This document shows, piece by piece, positions 1 through 9,009 of a stretch of 50,498 nt of DNA. The notes beneath the pieces are model-generated. The model did no database searches. It saw nothing but the letters and a program-made list of their open reading frames with translations, and was not told the origin of the DNA. The number at the start of each line of letters is the position of its first letter. Position 1 is the stretch's first letter. Where the stretch lies: positions 1 through 50,498 of the forward strand of contig CAYHGV010000003.1 of assembly GCA_964356135.1 (NCBI GenBank). Reading direction: 5' to 3'. This DNA is from an uncultured bacterium (GTDB lineage: Bacteria > Hydrothermota > Tepidihabitantia > CAYHGV01). The position numbers and the translations under genes were made by a program.

Positions 1-319
1 ATTCGAGAATTTCGAGAATTTAAAGCTCGGTTTTCACGCAGGTTTCAGGTTAAAAAGTTAAGTTTTTAAAGGCAAACAAGAACATGGGGGCAGCAGACCG
101 AGGTACGGAGTATCCGCGGAGCGTATCGCTCGGCGGGGAATCAGTGGAGCGTCATCGAACTGGGGGCTTCGTTGATTATATTTGGTTGTTAGCCGAAGCG
201 TCGCAAAGCCAAGGTCCAGTCTCGGTAGCGACACCTGATAAAAACCGGGGTTGGCGGGAAATCCACTATCGAGTCAATTTCAAGTGTTTCTATAACCAGA
301 CAGTCCAGACCGAAAAGCT

Positions 320-1690
320 ATGTTTCGTAAGTTCTTAGTCCGGTTGATACCCCTGTTTCTCTTTGTCGAAGTAGGCCTCGTCGTTGTATTCGTATTTATC
401 CAGGCTCGCTATCAGCAGGAGAGTTTCATTAAAGAGAATAAACGTCTTGCTCGAGTTATTGCGACCGCCATTGAGATGGGCCAGCTTAAACGGCCGTATC
501 CGTTTGCGACCCTCAAACAAATCACCGGGACAGAAGATATTTCCTTTTGGTGGGTCGTAGAACCAAAGGGCAAGATCCATTGGGCATACGACACCGACCA
601 AATTGGAAAAATGATCGACCTCTCTCTTTTTAAAACGGATCCCAAGGGTATAAAAGATATCATCTATTCAGGAGAAAGGGTTAAGTTTCTTGCCCAGCCA
701 TTATACGTCGGCGGCAGCGGGGGTAAATGGACCCTCTGCCTCGGCATTTCTTTGAAACGGCTGATAGCTGAGAGAAACAAGCTCATTATCTATGGCGCCG
801 GATTGATCATCATCGCCACCTGTATTTTAATCGGGATTACCTTCTTTTTTACTAAACGGATCACCAGACCGGTATCGCAGTTACTGGAAACGACACAGTT
901 GATCGCAAAGGGGAATTATGACCGGAGAGTGATCATGAGAACCGGCGATGAACTGGAAAAATTGGGAGACGCATTCAACGAGATGGCTCACCGTATAAAA
1001 ATTGGGGTTAAAGCCCTGCAGGATTTTATTTATATCGCCTCCCATGATCTGCGGGAGCCGATAAGAAAAATCTACGCGTTTGGCAAATTACTCCAGGAGT
1101 CGATGAGCGGCCGATTGACCAAGGACGAAAAAGAAAACTTCCAGTTCATGACCGATGGCGCAAGCAGGATGCAGGCGATGCTCGATGACCTGCTGGTCTA
1201 TTCCCGGGTGAGTGCCCGAGTAAAACCTCTGGAGTGTGTCGATTTGCATAAGATCATTCAGGACTTGCGCAGGTTAGAATTGGCGGTCCAGCTCGAAGAG
1301 AGCAAAGGAGTAATTAACATTGTCGAACCACTTCCTCCGGTCCAGGCCGATCCGGTTCAGATGCACCAGTTGTTCCAAAACCTGATTGGGAATGCTCTGA
1401 AATTCCATAAAGACAATGGGCCTCCCGAAATCACGGTTCGAGGCGAACTGGTACATGATATGGTTCGGGTGGAAGTGGTGGATAACGGTATCGGAATTCC
1501 CGAAAAGGACTACGACAAAATCTTCGGAATGTTTCAAACCCTCCACAAAAGCTATAAAGGTACGGGCATTGGGTTAGCGATATGCAAGCAAATTGTCGAG
1601 CGGCACCGGGGCGAGATCGGGGTAATATCGACCCTGGGTGAAGGTTCCACATTCCGATTCACTCTTCCAAAAGGAAAGGAGGAAACATGA
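320..1690 (+). CDS. Membrane sensor histidine kinase (2 TM, HAMP, HisKA, HATPase)
   Basis: Two hydrophobic helices, HAMP (RITRPV...DELEKLGDAFNEM), H-box SHDLREP, N-box QNLIGNALKF, G1 DNGIGI, G2 GTGIGLAIC. Confidence 0.95.
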   Translation: MFRKFLVRLIPLFLFVEVGLVVVFVFIQARYQQESFIKENKRLARVIATAIEMGQLKRPYPFATLKQITGTEDISFWWVVEPKGKIHWAYDTDQIGKMIDLSLFKTDPKGIKDIIYSGERVKFLAQPLYVGGSGGKWTLCLGISLKRLIAERNKLIIYGAGLIIIATCILIGITFFFTKRITRPVSQLLETTQLIAKGNYDRRVIMRTGDELEKLGDAFNEMAHRIKIGVKALQDFIYIASHDLREPIRKIYAFGKLLQESMSGRLTKDEKENFQFMTDGASRMQAMLDDLLVYSRVSARVKPLECVDLHKIIQDLRRLELAVQLEESKGVINIVEPLPPVQADPVQMHQLFQNLIGNALKFHKDNGPPEITVRGELVHDMVRVEVVDNGIGIPEKDYDKIFGMFQTLHKSYKGTGIGLAICKQIVERHRGEIGVISTLGEGSTFRFTLPKGKEET

Positions 1691-2130
1691 ACGGATTAAA
1701 ACCGTCCATTATATTGCTGGTCGAAGACGACCCGGGTGACCAAAAATTGATGAAACTCTCCTTTGAGCAACAGCGCATTGCCAATGAACTGCACATTGTC
1801 AGTAGTGGTGAGGAAGCGCTCGATTTTTTAAGTCGGCGCGGCGCTTATAGCGACAAAACCTGTCCGGACCTGATTTTGCTCGATTTGAATATGCCCGGTA
1901 TGGGTGGGAAGGAATTTCTAAAGAAAATAAAGGCGACCGATGAGTTCAGGGATATACCGGTGGTTATTATAACCGCTTCCGATTTGGAACAGGATATACT
2001 GGACAGTTATAAACTACAAGCGAGCGGCTATGTCAAGAAACCGATCGATATATCGGAAGTTAAGGAGGTTATGAAAGGTATCGGGGAGTACTGGTTTGTG
2101 ATTTGTAAACTACCGCCAAGGAGAAAATGA
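1687..2130 (+). CDS. Single-domain response regulator (Rcp1-like)
   Basis: ILLVEDD, PDLILLDLNMP, IPVVIIT, YVKKP, C-terminal EYWF..CKLP typical of Rcp1-type receivers; ATGA overlap with the kinase. Confidence 0.93.
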   Translation: MNGLKPSIILLVEDDPGDQKLMKLSFEQQRIANELHIVSSGEEALDFLSRRGAYSDKTCPDLILLDLNMPGMGGKEFLKKIKATDEFRDIPVVIITASDLEQDILDSYKLQASGYVKKPIDISEVKEVMKGIGEYWFVICKLPPRRK

Positions 2131-3179
2131 TTAACGGGCGTAGAACAATCCTCATTTGCGATGACGACCGCGGCTTCCGTAAACTGATTCATTTACATTT
2201 GACGGCGGGAAAAGAAAATTTTATAGTGCTTGAAGCCGAAACCGAGAGGGAAATTCAGGAGAACTTGAATAAAGGCGGGATTGACTTAGTTCTGATGGAT
2301 CTGAGCATGCCCGAGAAATCGGGCGAGGCATGGCTGACCGAGATTGTTGCACAGGAGATAGCGCCGGTAGTTATGATCACCGGATTTGAAGACGAGGAAA
2401 CCATAGGGCGAGTGGTTCTAAAAGGTGCGAGCGGATATATTCCCAAGGACCGTTTGACGAGAGAGCGGCTGTTAGAAAATATCCAACTGGCATTGGAGAA
2501 ATGGGAGAGAAAAAAATTGGAAAAGAAGATTAACGAAAAGAATGAGATTCTCGCACTATCGGCACATTCCGTGAGCCATGATTTGAATAACTGCCTTAAT
2601 CTGATTAATGGGTGTACTGAATTGGCTTTGGAAAAGGGGGATCTGGGACTGCTCAAACCGGTTTCGGGCGCCGTCAGCCGAGCCGCGCGATTAATAAAGA
2701 ATGCGAGTGCCTTGCAGAAACTTGCTGCCGGTGATACTGAACTAGGGAGCATCGAACTCGGGGGTGTGATTTCGTCGGTTGTCAGCGATGTCGTTCAACA
2801 TCACCGAGTCCAGTGGGAACCGGAAAACAATATTACGGTGAGAGCGAATTGGATGGTCAGATATCTGTTCGAGAATGTAATACTGCATGCGGGTAGTTAT
2901 AACGAAGGAAGTTCGATGGTGACGCTCGCGACCCAGGAAACCGAGGATAGTTGGGTTATCTCAATTGGCGGTAATGGACCCGGTATACCGGACGAAAGCA
3001 AAGAGAAGATTTTTGAAATGGGTGACAGGGGGCTCGGAAATCCGGGAAGCGGGATAGGACTGTATCTGGCTAAGAAACTTGCGAAAGCCTATGGTGGAGA
3101 AATCTGGGTTGAGGATTGCGTCAAAGGAGACTGCTCCCAGGGGAGTGTTTTTAAGGTAAAGTTAAATAAGTTGAAATAA
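2127..3179 (+). CDS. Hybrid REC-histidine kinase with degenerate ATPase motifs
   Basis: REC (CDDD, LMDLSMP, YIPK), H-box SHDLNN, G2 GSGIGLY; N-box reads ENVILHA and G1 reads GGNGPG. Confidence 0.85.
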   Translation: MINGRRTILICDDDRGFRKLIHLHLTAGKENFIVLEAETEREIQENLNKGGIDLVLMDLSMPEKSGEAWLTEIVAQEIAPVVMITGFEDEETIGRVVLKGASGYIPKDRLTRERLLENIQLALEKWERKKLEKKINEKNEILALSAHSVSHDLNNCLNLINGCTELALEKGDLGLLKPVSGAVSRAARLIKNASALQKLAAGDTELGSIELGGVISSVVSDVVQHHRVQWEPENNITVRANWMVRYLFENVILHAGSYNEGSSMVTLATQETEDSWVISIGGNGPGIPDESKEKIFEMGDRGLGNPGSGIGLYLAKKLAKAYGGEIWVEDCVKGDCSQGSVFKVKLNKLK

Positions 3180-3272
3180 GTGGTGTGGTGGTTTAAGCTG
3201 ATTGCTCCGGATTGGCAAGCGAGGTCGAAGGTTGAGGGGCAAAACCGATACCTAATCTTTCTAATAACAATA

Positions 3273-3300
3273 TTGACGGTTAGGCAGTTTTAGTTATCTT
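3273..3300 (+). promoter_or_regulatory. Sigma70-like promoter, probably leaderless transcript
   Basis: TTGACG-N16-TATCTT, 5 nt before ATG 3306, no SD. Confidence 0.6.
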
Positions 3301-3305
3301 GTAGT

Positions 3306-3839
3306 ATGAAATTTAGAATGTTTTTTGGGGTTTTCTTAATTACCCTCAGCATGCTGGTCTCGGGTTGTAATCCAATACTCCCGGTCGGAGAAATGGTACC
3401 ACCACCGGAGATCCCACCGGCTCAGGATGGAATTCCGCTACGATTGGATAGTTTAAAGATTCAGGCAGAAGGTTTATTCTGGATTGATTCTATGCCGTCG
3501 GTTCCTACCGAGGGCGCCCCATTTTACTGTCTGTTTACCCTGACCATCGAAAATTCGGGTGATGAAGCTATCGCCGAATTTAACGCCACCCGAGCTTCCC
3601 TTTGCTATGCGGGTACAAAAGATGAATTTCATTCTTTTTCCCTGATTTCCACTCTTGAAACCGTGCCGGATGAGACCATACCGGCTCATACTATGGAAAC
3701 GCTCTATTATCGCGGTAAAGATCCCTTCTATTCCCGGGAATTGGATGACGATTCATTGTACGCATGTATAAAGGTAGAGTGGAACACCGCTCTGGGTGTA
3801 GTTACTACCCCACCCGCAGGTGTTACGGTGACCTGGTAA
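3306..3839 (+). CDS. Hypothetical lipoprotein (beta-rich, Ig-like)
   Basis: Signal peptide with lipobox VSGC, Pro-rich linker, beta-strand pattern. Confidence 0.75.
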   Translation: MKFRMFFGVFLITLSMLVSGCNPILPVGEMVPPPEIPPAQDGIPLRLDSLKIQAEGLFWIDSMPSVPTEGAPFYCLFTLTIENSGDEAIAEFNATRASLCYAGTKDEFHSFSLISTLETVPDETIPAHTMETLYYRGKDPFYSRELDDDSLYACIKVEWNTALGVVTTPPAGVTVTW

Positions 3840-3930
3840 AGGGGTTTGATACGACCCCGGCCGTTTTTAATTTGCAATCACCCGAGAACAGTGGTAGTTG
3901 CGTAAGCCCAGATTTGGGTTATTGGTTTTT

Positions 3931-5049
3931 ATGAACATTTGTATTCTCGGTGCTGGAATGCAGGGTCGGGTCGTAGCCCGCGATTTAGCTGCCTGCGGTC
4001 ATGCCGTGACGGTCGCGGACATACGTACCGAGAACCTCAACCAGGTACCAAAATCACCACGGCTGAAAACCCGCCGGTTTGATGTTCGCAATCGTGCGCA
4101 CCTGATTAAGTTTATAAGGCATTTCGATGTGGTGGTTGGTGCCTTGCCCGCCGCACTCGGATTCTATTCGATGGAATGTGCAATTCGGGCAGGAGTAAAT
4201 CTGGTTGATTTTTCTTATTCGTCGGCTGACCCATTTCTCCTCAATCGAGAAGCGAAACGGCGCCAGGTAAAAATTGTTCCGGATGCCGGCTTTGCCCCGG
4301 GGCTCGGCAATGTTTTAATCGGTGATGCCCGGCGAACCCTGGGCAGGATTGATAGCATAAAGATTCTCGCGGGAGGAATTCCCCAGAAGCCGATCCCGCC
4401 CTTCAATTACCGGATTGTTTTTTCGCTGTCCGATTTGCTTGAAGAGTATACGAGACCGGCGCGAATCGTTAAGAATTTCAAAGTGACTTCGGTCGACCCG
4501 TTAACCGGGGTCAAAGAGCTGAAGGTAACAGGGGTCGGACGGCTCGAGTGTTTTTATACCGATGGTTTACGCACGCTGTTAAAGACTTTCAGAAATGTTA
4601 AAAATATGGAAGAGAAAACAATCCGCTATCCGGGTCATGCGGCTCTGCTTACAGCAATCATTGATTGTGGGTTCTTGTCGGAAATTCCTCTTCGGCTGAA
4701 ACCGGGACTGGTGCGACCGAAGGAGTTCACAAACGAATTTCTGAAATCCGCATTCAGTGGCGGGAGCGAAAAAGACCTGTCGATCTTACTTGTTGAAATA
4801 CAAAGCAAAAAAAAGATAAAACGATATTGCTGTATTGATTACTATGATACGAGAAACCGGATTACCTCAATGGCGCGGACGACCGGTTATACCGCTTCGA
4901 TAATCACGCAGTGCATTCATCACTATCCGGGCTTCGGCGTCATACCGCCTGAATTTTTCGGGATGGACAAAAACTTGTACCGGTTTATAAAAGCCGAATT
5001 GCAGAAAAGGAGGATTTTCATTACGGTATCGACCTCTGGCCGCTTTTAA
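3931..5049 (+). CDS. Saccharopine dehydrogenase / lysine 6-dehydrogenase family
   Basis: MNICILGAGMQG Rossmann motif at the likely ATG 3931; DAGFAPGL, GGIP, TDGLRTL, KTIRYPGH, SMARTTGY. Confidence 0.9.
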   Translation: MNICILGAGMQGRVVARDLAACGHAVTVADIRTENLNQVPKSPRLKTRRFDVRNRAHLIKFIRHFDVVVGALPAALGFYSMECAIRAGVNLVDFSYSSADPFLLNREAKRRQVKIVPDAGFAPGLGNVLIGDARRTLGRIDSIKILAGGIPQKPIPPFNYRIVFSLSDLLEEYTRPARIVKNFKVTSVDPLTGVKELKVTGVGRLECFYTDGLRTLLKTFRNVKNMEEKTIRYPGHAALLTAIIDCGFLSEIPLRLKPGLVRPKEFTNEFLKSAFSGGSEKDLSILLVEIQSKKKIKRYCCIDYYDTRNRITSMARTTGYTASIITQCIHHYPGFGVIPPEFFGMDKNLYRFIKAELQKRRIFITVSTSGRF

Positions 5050-5083
5050 AGATTTGTGATAGTTTAGTTTCCATAAAATTTTT

Positions 5084-5251
5084 ACCACAGATTTCGCCTC
5101 GAAAACGAGGCGACACAGATGAATCGGAGATAAACACAGATATTTTATAGTCTTTTCTATTTCGCCATTTTTCGGTGTCCTTCGTGCCTTCCGTTATTTA
5201 TTAGTGTTAATCCTTCTTTATGTCCGTGTGTCCACCACGAATTGTGGCAGA
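5084..5251. repeat. Composite intergenic repeat: CACAGAT units with nested 20-nt hairpin (5094-5113) and degenerate 21-nt hairpin (5231-5251)
   Basis: accacagat-ttcgcctcgaaaacgaggcga-cacagat...aaacacagat; opposite-sense tract (ttcgtg/tccgtg units); tccacca-N7-tggcaga. Confidence 0.8.
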
Positions 5252-5414
5252 TGGATTTTTTTTAAAAATACTTACCTGTTATAGAGATATAACTTTCTTT
5301 AGGCTGCAAACGCCATAAAACCGGTAATCATGAGGAAAATCAGGCAGATTGTTATAGAAGTTTGTGACCTTAAGGTCTTGGGTACCAATAGCTTAAATCT
5401 CATGAATTTTCCTC

Positions 5415-5442
5415 TTGACAAATTCAAAAGTTATTCTAACAT
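5415..5442 (+). promoter_or_regulatory. Sigma70-like promoter of secreted-protein operon
   Basis: TTGACA-N16-TAACAT; SD AAGGGAGG before ATG 5526. Confidence 0.6.
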
Positions 5443-5525
5443 TTATATATTGAAAGGACATATGGGAAATATCTTATCTTATCTCTGTTTAGTCGGTTTG
5501 TTTTCGCTACATTAAGGGAGGGGGT

Positions 5526-5999
5526 ATGTCTAAATTTTTAGCTCTTAGTTTTTCATTTTTAACCATTATCCATGCCCAAGGTAACCGTGGTAACTCTCTA
5601 AATCTTACTGAGACCGATAAAATTCTTTTGAACCTTTCGACATTGGAACGAAGTGTTAATGATCAGAATGCAGATTGGTTTATAGCCCATTTCTCTCCAA
5701 GTTATTATGATACTAACAGAACAACCTTCAGCCAGGTTAAAACGATTATTCAGAACTTTTTTGCCAAAGTCAGCCCGAATGAGAAATTTCCTCAATTTTA
5801 TACTGATAATCCGAAGGTAACAATTTTCCGTAATACTGCCGGTGTGACTCTTAAATTTCTTGTCACTGGAAGGCAAATTGGCCGGCATGAACCCCTATTC
5901 TTCAAATCCGAAGACCGGATTATCTTTAGAAAAGAAAACGGTTGGTGGAAAATTATTAACGTTAAGAATTTATTACAGCTATTACAAGAAAGAAGTTAA
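5526..5999 (+). CDS. Secreted NTF2/SnoaL-like (DUF4440-like) protein
   Basis: Signal peptide; HFSPSY.D, IIFRKENGWWKII terminal motif of NTF2-fold proteins. Confidence 0.7.
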   Translation: MSKFLALSFSFLTIIHAQGNRGNSLNLTETDKILLNLSTLERSVNDQNADWFIAHFSPSYYDTNRTTFSQVKTIIQNFFAKVSPNEKFPQFYTDNPKVTIFRNTAGVTLKFLVTGRQIGRHEPLFFKSEDRIIFRKENGWWKIINVKNLLQLLQERS

Positions 6000-6009
6000 G
6001 GGTGAGTCG

Positions 6010-6666
6010 ATGAAAAAGAGACGAGCAGGTGCTATTACTGGGGCATTAATATTTATTTTCGTTTTGATGTTTAGTTTTTTACGGTGCCCACACCCAGATC
6101 CAGTTAACTTGCAAATAGACTGGATGAATGGTTATAGTTGCCTTTTTACATGGTTCGCAGATGCATTCGATGAAGAAACAAGGAAATTGGAAAAATATTA
6201 TGATGAGGGAGGGCTAACAGTCAAATATTTCGCAGACGATTTTGTCCTCGAATCCTATTTGGATACACACAAAGGCACTCTTACGGAGCGATGTGATTTA
6301 GAGAGGGATTTTCCTACAGAGTACCCTTATATATATACATGCTGTATTGATACTTTACCTAACGGTGGCTCCCAAACTAACCATGTTTTTGGTTACGCTT
6401 GGTGGGACCCCGGTCCAGAAGTAACTCGTGAGACCATCTCGGCGATTGGCTATGGTGCTTGTTATAAGTTTCATGGTGATGTAGGACTTAGCCCGGAAGA
6501 GCTATTACTTTGGGTGACAGCTCATGAATTGGGACATCAGTTTAGCCTTATTGATCATGCCGGCGAATTGGATAAAACATGTATAATGTACCACAAGGCG
6601 ATAGATCCCCCGCCGAGTAAATTTTGCCCTGCATGCCAAACGAATCTAAGAACTGTTATGCCTTAA
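6010..6666 (+). CDS. Membrane-anchored/lipoprotein zinc metalloprotease (metzincin; archaemetzincin-like C-terminus)
   Basis: Likely start ATG 6010 (MKKRR + hydrophobic helix + FLRC); AHELGHQFSLIDH, Met-turn CIM, FCPAC. Confidence 0.8.
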   Translation: MKKRRAGAITGALIFIFVLMFSFLRCPHPDPVNLQIDWMNGYSCLFTWFADAFDEETRKLEKYYDEGGLTVKYFADDFVLESYLDTHKGTLTERCDLERDFPTEYPYIYTCCIDTLPNGGSQTNHVFGYAWWDPGPEVTRETISAIGYGACYKFHGDVGLSPEELLLWVTAHELGHQFSLIDHAGELDKTCIMYHKAIDPPPSKFCPACQTNLRTVMP

Positions 6667-6707
6667 AAATGGTTGGTACTAATAAAAAAGAAATATAAGG
6701 AGGCGAG

Positions 6708-7676
6708 ATGCGTAAAAATAATTTACTTTTAACATTTGCGGTTGCTATATTAGGGGGCATATTTTCTAATTTGGCTGGTAGTAATAATGGTTCTCTTTAC
6801 CTAGAGATCTCGACTCCTAAAGATATTTACATAGTGAATGAACCGCTCATCTTTCAATGTAAATTTAAAAACACAGGTAAGGATACGGTTTGGTTCCCTG
6901 GGGGTTTAACTTTCATCGAGGGACTGAAGTGTATCGATTTCTATAAAAAAAATCCGGACGGCATTTTAGAAAAATTCCGAAGTGGTTTCGAAGCCTTCGT
7001 GGGAAGGCGTCGAGACATTACTAAACGAGATTTTGCTTCTATCGCCCCTGGGGAGTCTCTCTATTCTCATCTTGAAATCTGCTATGGCGGATTTAGTCCC
7101 ACTGAAGGTCGGCCTCAATGGAGAAAAAAGTATCTTTTTGCAATTCCAGGGGAATATGAAATTTTTTTTTACTATAAACCATTTGAAGATGTGGAAGGTC
7201 TATGGAGGGGTACTTTAGAATCAAACCACATCGTTGTTAATGCCACAGATCCATCCTCTGTTGAAATACCAGTTATGCAGGAATTTAAAAAGATAAAAAA
7301 GCATTACCTATACACTTATAGTGATGGGCATATCAATGAAGAGGAAGCCGCTATTTTCAAGGATTTGGCGGAGAAATTTCCTCGATCGATATTAGCTCCC
7401 TATTTTTATTATCAGTATGCAGGATATCTAGTGCACACGAATAATTATGAATTAGCACTTAAGTGGTATCAAGAATTGCAAGAAAATTATCCCGGTTTTT
7501 TCCTTAATGAAGAGATACTATTCTATAAAGCATTCTGTTTTAAAAGATTGGGCGATTCTAAAAGATTTATAGAGTACTTTAAAATATTTCGTAATGAAGC
7601 ACCAGCCAACTTTTTATACTATAGTGGGGAAGGCTATGAACTACAAAAAGAATTAAGAACAGTCAGGGGTAAGTGA
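6708..7676 (+). CDS. Secreted protein with Ig-like N-terminal domain and TPR-like C-terminus
   Basis: SD AAGGAGG; signal peptide; KDIYIVNEP..FKNTG, PGEYEI, LESN; helical repeats ALKWYQELQENYP. Confidence 0.7.
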   Translation: MRKNNLLLTFAVAILGGIFSNLAGSNNGSLYLEISTPKDIYIVNEPLIFQCKFKNTGKDTVWFPGGLTFIEGLKCIDFYKKNPDGILEKFRSGFEAFVGRRRDITKRDFASIAPGESLYSHLEICYGGFSPTEGRPQWRKKYLFAIPGEYEIFFYYKPFEDVEGLWRGTLESNHIVVNATDPSSVEIPVMQEFKKIKKHYLYTYSDGHINEEEAAIFKDLAEKFPRSILAPYFYYQYAGYLVHTNNYELALKWYQELQENYPGFFLNEEILFYKAFCFKRLGDSKRFIEYFKIFRNEAPANFLYYSGEGYELQKELRTVRGK

Positions 7677-8986
7677 TGAAAGTCAAGAGGTATTGTCTAC
7701 TAATATTCTCGATATGTCTTAATGTATATGGATTACTTATCCCGCGGCCTATTTTTAACGATATTTATCGTTTGAATTTTAACTATTTTCGCGAAAATTA
7801 TGGAAACTACGGTTTTTCTCAATGCTTTGGACTGTCACTCGCTGTTCTAAGAGGAAACCAGCCACCCAAGAAGCAGTTGCTTACGGTTACCGATGAAGGC
7901 GATGATAATATTGTCTATGGGCTTATAGAATATAAAGAAAACGGAGAGAGAGAATTGTTGTGGTCGAAGTCTTTTGGTTCAAACGGTAATGGAAACGGAC
8001 AATTTGACGATCCACAAGGAGTCTGCATTGATACCACCAATTACGGTAATTCTAATATCTATTACATTTATGTTGCCGATTGTAGTAATAACAGGATTGT
8101 GAAACTACAATATAATTCCTCTACCGATACAATCTCTTGGGTGGAAAATATTGTAACTTCTCCTGTGGATAGCTTTTCATCCCCGACCGATGTGGCGTGT
8201 ATGAGGGTGGAACCGGATACAGCAACCTGGGTAGTGATTGCCGATGCCGGGAATAATCGAATTGTTTATTTTAAAGATGTCAATGGACAGAGAACCTGGT
8301 TTTCTTATGGGACTTCGGGCAGTGGTGATGGACAGTTTAATAACCCGACTTCGGTTGACATCCAGGAGATACCCCCTAGGGTATATTCTATTTATGTGAC
8401 TGATACGGATAACCAGAGGCTGGTGAGGGTGTTCTTCTCCCCATCATCACCTTCAACGGTAACTTGGGCGCAATCGGCAAATATCCCGGATTTCAGCGCT
8501 GTCGCTACGACTCCCTACTATGGAGATGTCTATGCGTTAGATCCGTTTGCCGGTAAGGTCTATCATTATGGATTTGGTCTCAGCCCACTCTTAGAGACCT
8601 ATGGTTCTTCCGGTTGTGGAAACGGTCAGTTTATGTGGCCGAAAGAAATTTCTATCTGCGATGGGGAATGTGGAATAACCGAGGAATGGTCAAATGTAAC
8701 CGGAGTTCAGTATTTCTGGCTCGATACCGAAGTAAAAGATTCCTATCCTTATCCTGATTCATTTGACCTTTCTTCTCTCTGGAGTGGGGAGACGGGTGTT
8801 TGTATCAATTACACCTTGACCGGTGGTGCTAAGGCATGCACAGTTAAGGTTTATGACGGCACTTGGAATCTGAAGAAGAAAATAATTCGCACTCAGCAGT
8901 TAGCCGGCACCAACTTTGCAATCTGGGACGGAACCGATGATTCGCTCAATCTTGTGCCACCGGCTACCTATCATATCATATTGTAA
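7673..8986 (+). CDS. NHL-repeat secreted protein, N-terminal part of frameshifted gene
   Basis: Signal peptide; three G.G.GQF..P NHL repeats, YVADCSNNRI; ends inside a FlgD-Ig domain (AIWDGTDD..LVPPATYH). Confidence 0.85.
   Translation: MMKVKRYCLLIFSICLNVYGLLIPRPIFNDIYRLNFNYFRENYGNYGFSQCFGLSLAVLRGNQPPKKQLLTVTDEGDDNIVYGLIEYKENGERELLWSKSFGSNGNGNGQFDDPQGVCIDTTNYGNSNIYYIYVADCSNNRIVKLQYNSSTDTISWVENIVTSPVDSFSSPTDVACMRVEPDTATWVVIADAGNNRIVYFKDVNGQRTWFSYGTSGSGDGQFNNPTSVDIQEIPPRVYSIYVTDTDNQRLVRVFFSPSSPSTVTWAQSANIPDFSAVATTPYYGDVYALDPFAGKVYHYGFGLSPLLETYGSSGCGNGQFMWPKEISICDGECGITEEWSNVTGVQYFWLDTEVKDSYPYPDSFDLSSLWSGETGVCINYTLTGGAKACTVKVYDGTWNLKKKIIRTQQLAGTNFAIWDGTDDSLNLVPPATYHIIL
8969..8981 (+). repeat. 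TATCA-TATCA-TAT tandem duplication causing frameshift
   Basis: Deleting one TATCA gives ...TYHIVIRAVDPYGLED..., in frame with the downstream ORF. Confidence 0.8.
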
Positions 8987-9009
8987 TTCGGGCGGTCGAC
9001 CCTTATGGG

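Noticed and set aside
2-19. TTCGAGAAT x2 at the window start
   Set aside because: Truncated by the window edge; cannot be assigned
84-338. 84-aa ORF, and a GTCGCAAAGCC motif near 200 resembling a c-di-GMP-I riboswitch
   Set aside because: No recognisable protein features; the required GGCAAAC/GNRA hairpin is not correctly positioned. An Rfam scan would settle it.
5860-6009. N-terminal extension of the protease ORF
   Set aside because: Overlaps the upstream gene; signal peptide and SD fit ATG 6010
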